Below are positions 61,173 to 64,000 of a DNA stretch of 64,000 nt, piece after piece (position 1 is the first letter of the stretch; each line of letters starts with the position of its first letter). The translations under genes and the position numbers were made by a program. The notes beneath the pieces were generated by a model. That model saw nothing but the letters and a program-made list of their open reading frames with translations, did no database searches and was not told the origin of the DNA. Location of the stretch: assembly GCA_977018835.1 (NCBI GenBank), contig OZ361258.1, positions 372,001 to 436,000 of the forward strand, in the 5' to 3' direction. Origin of the DNA: Minutocellus sp. GHC0000111 (taxonomy: Eukaryota).

Positions 61173-61630
61173 GTTTATTTGGAAACGAAAAAAGAAGGGT
61201 TCTTATACAGTCAGCATGAGCCTATGGAAGGATATCACTGTCAGCACTTGGCGCCAGTGCGCTGCCTCATTCGATTCGATTATTCAACTCTCTGCTATTG
61301 TCCCATCAACTGATCGCGAGGGCAGAGCGTCGTGGAGCAAGGCCCGCCCGCCCTTGTCGATGTCGCGGCCGAGCGGCCGAGAGCCGTGGAGCTGGAACGG
61401 AAAACGGAAAGACGCTTGAAAGCAAAAATAAAAATCACTTCCCCGAAAATGACATCAAGATAGACCATTCAGCTTTCTGATTATCGACCTTTCTGAATCA
61501 TCGGAACTGCAGAACGGTGACCTTTCCTTTCGCGCCGCATTTCCGCATTTCTACACGCCGTACTTCAACAGATCTCGTTGAAAACGCATAACACGCGTCG
61601 AAACGAGCCTTTTGATCAGATCGATTTCTG

Positions 61631-61820
61631 AGTTTTTGAATGACGTGTTGGCGAAATGACGTAAGAAGTGAGAAATTTTAGCGCAAAGATGCCTTGAAAG
61701 TAAATGAAAACGGGTTTTCCATCACGGGCAGCCTTATTCCCACCTTTCTTTCTGACCCTCGCCATTCGTAGGCCACCAAGGCCTTCTCAGATCTTACGAC
61801 GGGAAATTCTCACTTCCAGA
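61631..61820 (+). repeat. ~190-bp dispersed direct repeat, copy A
   Basis: Aligns by eye with 62528..62708 (TTTTGAATGACGTGTTGG...CATCACGGGCAGC...CGCCATTCGTAGGCCAC...CAGATCTTACGACGGGAAATTC). Confidence 0.85.
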
Positions 61821-61834
61821 CGAATCATCAAATC

Positions 61835-61980
61835 GTGGTGTGGTGGTGTTCGTCCCGCTAAGCATATCTGTCCATCATGGTGAAAAGTTAGAACCAAAAA
61901 TTCGATTGAATAGGTAGCCTCATTTGCATCAGTCAGTAAGAACAAACATCAACGAAAAATCGCAACAATTAATTGTAAAC
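61835..61980 (-). mobile_element. 3'-tail fragment of the same LINE family as 43703..44918
   Basis: Reverse complement matches ~44776..44918 (ACTGATGCAAATGAGGCTACCTATTCAATCGAATTT; CTTAGCGGGACGAACACCACCAC). Confidence 0.85.
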
Positions 61981-62527
61981 TGATAACCGACACACGGCAC
62001 CAGGGGGGTAGATGGCTCTCCGCACGACTACACTCAACAGCAGCACATTAAAAATTAAAGCTAGCTATCAAAGGATAGGATCAAAGAAGAAAGAAAGATA
62101 TGAAGAACAGTTGTTCTCAAACAAAGAAGGCGTGGCAACAATTGCAACGCATGGGGACCCGGAACTCTCTAAGTCCGGGGAGGAAACATCTGGTAGAAGC
62201 GCAAAAACGCTCATGCCCAACACCCGAGAGGATGGGCCGCAGCAGGGGCGACCGAATGTCACTCCCCTCGACAATGTGGCTACCATCATGGGTACCATCA
62301 GCATTCTTAGAATCCGAATGCCAGAAAATCAAAGGCTTGAGAAGAGCGAACCATTCCTTGGATGTAGAAAATGTAAATCAAAACAATCAACCTGTGTTCG
62401 AGCACACACCCGAAAAAGGGCCGCGGATGAGACATGATGCCAAGAGAGCCACAGTCGCCCAATCCACCCAGAATTGCAGAGATGCGGGCCCATGCTTCTC
62501 TTCTTTGTGGGGAGGTGTCGTTGCGTA

Positions 62528-62708
62528 AGTTTTGAATGACGTGTTGGTGAAATGACGTTATTTACCAACGAAGAAGAGGCCTTGGAAGTTCTGAAATGAA
62601 AACGGGTTCCATCACGGGCAGCTTGTTCCCACCTTCTTTCTGACTTCGCCATTCGTAGGCCACAAAGGCGTTCTCAGATCTTACGACGGGAAATTCCCAT
62701 CTCCAGGC
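62528..62708 (+). repeat. ~180-bp dispersed direct repeat, copy B
   Basis: Diverged copy of 61631..61820, ending ~150 bp upstream of ATG 62858. Confidence 0.85.
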
Positions 62709-62857
62709 GGAAAAACGACCTCGCCATCAAAATATTTTGTCAAGAGGACTTGGAATTTGTCATAACACCATCCCATTCACAACCATCCAAGGAAACGCCC
62801 ACCACGTAATCTCTCACTTTGTTGGTTGAAGAGAAAGAGTGAAAGAGTGAAATAGCA

Positions 62858-64000
62858 ATGAACTTTGATCTCAGCACTGAATTGGAAGTAGGAACCAAGC
62901 TCTTGCGGAGGAACTCTCCCGATTCCGTCGCCCTCGACCTCGCAGACGCCATGGTCAGGAAACAAATGGCAGGCCAGCACAGATCGACCTCGCTGTGCGG
63001 CGAAAGTGCGGAAACTTCCGACGGCAGTTTGCCTCCCCCGCCGTCCGCCGGAGAGAAGGACAACGCTGCCCTTCTCCACGACCTCCATATCGGCGGCAAG
63101 AAGTCGGACACTATTAGTAAATCGGCACAAGTCGTCGGTACCGCCGATGATGCCGAGGCCTACCAAGTTCGAAAGACACGTCCGGCGTCCTTCCGACGAG
63201 ACAGCATCGAGCACAACAAGCGTCAGTCGCCCACCCGACTTCGGGACGATATGCCCGGTGGCCCATCTTCCTCTTCTTCGCTACCGCCGACGCAAATTAT
63301 CGTTCCGAACAAGACCAGCAAAACTACTCGCCGCCGCTCGTCCCTCAAGAAGACCAAGCCGGAAGATTCCGTAGCCACCTCCTCGACCAGATCCCTGTCG
63401 ACCTCTTCCGCCAAACGCAAACGCGTCAGCTTCAACGCCGACGTCCGAATGAAGAAGATTGAACGTCCCGACGAAGAGCAGCTCGCCTGGTCCTGGCTCT
63501 CCAAGGAGGAGCGGGCCGAAATCCAAATGCAGGCCAAGGCCGACCTCAAGATCATCAAGCGCATCTCCAAGGAACCCGACCAGTCCAGCCCGGACATTCG
63601 GGCCATCCGCAAGACCATCAGCCTCCGCGGCCTCGAGCAGTTCTTCTCCAAGCGCACCCTCCGCGACCTCAAGGAGGAGCAGCAGGACGTCATCTACGGC
63701 GTCCTCGAGGCGCAGGAGCTGCAGAGGCAGGTCGACCGGCACATGTACGGTGCCTACGGACCCCGGCAGCTGGCCAACCTGAGCGCCGAGCTCAGCCAAT
63801 CGGCCCGGGTCCGGGCCACCCGCCAAGGCCGGGAGGATGAGGCCGCCGTCGTTTCCTACCTCGGCCGGACGTCCAGGGCGGCCGCCGAGCCAGGATTTGC
63901 CTTCCATCAGCGTTCTTCGTCGTCGTCGAGCGGTGGTGGTCGGGCCACCCGCCGGGGGTCCATGCCCACGTCGACCGAAATGGTCAACGCCAACACCTCG
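62858..64000 (+). CDS. Hypothetical protein, runs off window end
   Basis: Open frame from ATGAACTTTGAT; KRVSFNADV...WLSKEE...SLRGLEQF pattern typical of an expanded diatom family; strong GC3 bias. Confidence 0.7.
   Translation, partial: MNFDLSTELEVGTKLLRRNSPDSVALDLADAMVRKQMAGQHRSTSLCGESAETSDGSLPPPPSAGEKDNAALLHDLHIGGKKSDTISKSAQVVGTADDAEAYQVRKTRPASFRRDSIEHNKRQSPTRLRDDMPGGPSSSSSLPPTQIIVPNKTSKTTRRRSSLKKTKPEDSVATSSTRSLSTSSAKRKRVSFNADVRMKKIERPDEEQLAWSWLSKEERAEIQMQAKADLKIIKRISKEPDQSSPDIRAIRKTISLRGLEQFFSKRTLRDLKEEQQDVIYGVLEAQELQRQVDRHMYGAYGPRQLANLSAELSQSARVRATRQGREDEAAVVSYLGRTSRAAAEPGFAFHQRSSSSSSGGGRATRRGSMPTSTEMVNANTS

Noticed and set aside
1..64000. tRNA, rRNA, CRISPR arrays or prokaryotic operons
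   Set aside because: None recognised by eye; the sequence is intron-containing eukaryotic DNA. A covariance-model scan would be needed to exclude small ncRNAs.

Overview
Eukaryotic, gene-dense nuclear DNA, most likely a diatom. This is inferred from short GT-AG introns, bipartite plastid-targeting leaders of the 'A-F-S/A-P' type and diatom-like hypothetical families. The window holds about 24 host genes, including a patatin phospholipase, a plastid-targeted arsenite methyltransferase, a HAD hydrolase, a giant MLO-like membrane protein, eIF3L, a GH99/71-like hydrolase, two sulfotransferases, a nucleotide-sugar transporter and a CASTOR/POLLUX-type channel. Four mobile elements can be delimited directly: two inverted copies of a DD38D Tc1/mariner, one two-gene Kolobok, and one 5'-truncated LINE with an 11-bp TSD (plus a second fragment of its 3' tail). 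The most unusual items are: (1) a ~2,600-codon adenylyl cyclase-STAND NTPase-TPR-nucleoside hydrolase fusion interrupted by in-frame TAA/TGA codons; (2) a mariner whose transposase may carry an HMG-box-like N-terminus and that harbours an antisense ORF; (3) recurrent TA-palindrome-TA motifs in intergenic DNA, one of them visible as an insertion between the two mariner copies. Many genes carry single-base homopolymer frameshifts, probably assembly errors, so pseudogene calls are tentative. All family assignments are by motif recognition; no searches were run.
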